Below the pieces are notes generated by a model, which saw only the letters and a program-made list of their open reading frames with translations, made no database searches and was not told the origin of the DNA. A DNA stretch of 64,000 nt from Acidobacteriaceae bacterium (GTDB taxonomy: Bacteria; Acidobacteriota; Terriglobia; Terriglobales; Acidobacteriaceae): contig JASHQE010000087.1 of NCBI GenBank assembly GCA_030037705.1, positions 11,540 to 75,539 of the forward strand. Reading direction: 5' to 3'. Below are positions 63,406 to 64,000 of the stretch, piece by piece. The position numbers and the translations under genes were made by a program. Numbering within the stretch: position 1 is the stretch's first letter; every line of letters begins with the position of its first letter.

Positions 63406-63575
63406 CCGGCGCGCAGCCGAGGGTGCAGCCGTATTGCAGTATGAGATCGGTTGGGGGCACAGGCTGACAACGGCAACGAATGCTCAGTTGCAAGCGACTT
63501 CTATTTGCCCACCGCATCCCTGTTCAACTCTACACCGCTTTTATTGCGGGATGATGTACCTGCATTTGAGGCCGC

Positions 63576-63932
63576 TTGAAGTCGCTTCGAAATGATAAAC
63601 CGCATTCAGACCCGCAGGCACAGGTTACGGTGCTGCGAATGATGGCGCCAGTGCTCCGGGCCTGCACAGCACGATACGGCCGACGCTATTTCTTCAGTTG
63701 CCGGCGCGACTTACTCGATCACATGATCGTTCTGAATGAAAAGCATCCGAAACGTCTTATGAACGAGTACATTCGTTATTGCCACGATAACCGAACAAAT
63801 CTAGAACTGGGCAAGCAAGTTCCAGACGATTTCGACTCCAACTTTCAGAGGGATTCTGCTCTCGTCTTCGAATTGGAGCAAAATTTCGAAAGTGACTATA
63901 CAGTTTGGCCCGGGTTCCGTTCACTTTTGTAA
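63576..63932 (+). pseudogene. remnant of an rve-type integrase/transposase C-terminus
   Basis: Only about 63696-63824 (SCRRDLLDHMIVLNEKHPKRLMNEYIRYCHDNRTNLELGKQVP) resembles the integrase-core C-terminal motif. The DDE core is missing. Confidence 0.7.
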
Positions 63933-63960
63933 GCTGCTAGAGAGTAATCAGCTTTACTCA

Positions 63961-63987
63961 TGGTGGAGGCGGCGGGAGTCGAACCCG
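63961..63987 (-). mobile_element. 3'-end fragment of tmRNA/tRNA-Ala type; probable att site
   Basis: Minus strand CGGGTTCGACTCCCGCCGCCTCCACCA is a T-arm plus 3' acceptor strand plus CCA. The next base upstream is A, which cannot close the T-stem. Confidence 0.7.
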
Positions 63988-64000
63988 TCATCAGCACTGA

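Noticed and set aside
63961-64000. Complete tRNA gene
   Set aside because: Only the 3' 27 nt fit and the T-stem is not closed; treated as an att-like fragment, though the window edge limits certainty.

Overview
A GC-rich (by eye, high-50s %) bacterial chromosomal window. Its gene families (Oar-type TonB-dependent receptors with an N-terminal carboxypeptidase-regulatory-like domain, Ig/NHL-repeat lipoproteins, GTCATCCTGAGCGA and GGGTGCCCCAGGTCTCG repeats) suggest Acidobacteriota; this is an inference. Left to right: (1) 1-9981, a cobalamin-riboswitch operon: cbtB-cbtA, a BtuF/BtuD/BtuC-like ABC importer, CobN with a fused ferredoxin-like domain, and a single AAA+/VWA chelatase subunit. (2) 10005-20723, a MocR-family regulator divergent from amidohydrolase, PaiB-like, TBDR, S9 peptidase and PepSY genes. 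(3) A nitronate monooxygenase and an ICMT-family gene. (4) 22651-46154, a ~23.5 kb divergent cell-envelope locus: a PstS-fold secreted protein and a degenerate alpha/beta-hydrolase on one strand; giant Ig/NHL lipoproteins, an ECF sigma, an unusual anti-sigma candidate, a porin, a TBDR and another lipoprotein on the other. Both arms carry the same CTGTTGAGA-N14-TTGTC element upstream. This is the best candidate for an undescribed system. (5) A YncE-like propeller and a nested palindromic repeat. (6) 47613-56712, a LacI-regulated chitosan/glucosamine locus with three visible operators. (7) A cysteine-free AhpD-like gene. (8) A second, paralogous ECF/anti-sigma/TBDR module. (9) An integrase-core remnant and a tmRNA/tRNA-Ala-like 3'-end fragment (probable att site) at the right edge. 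No CRISPR array or rRNA was seen. All family assignments come from motif recognition by eye, not database searches.
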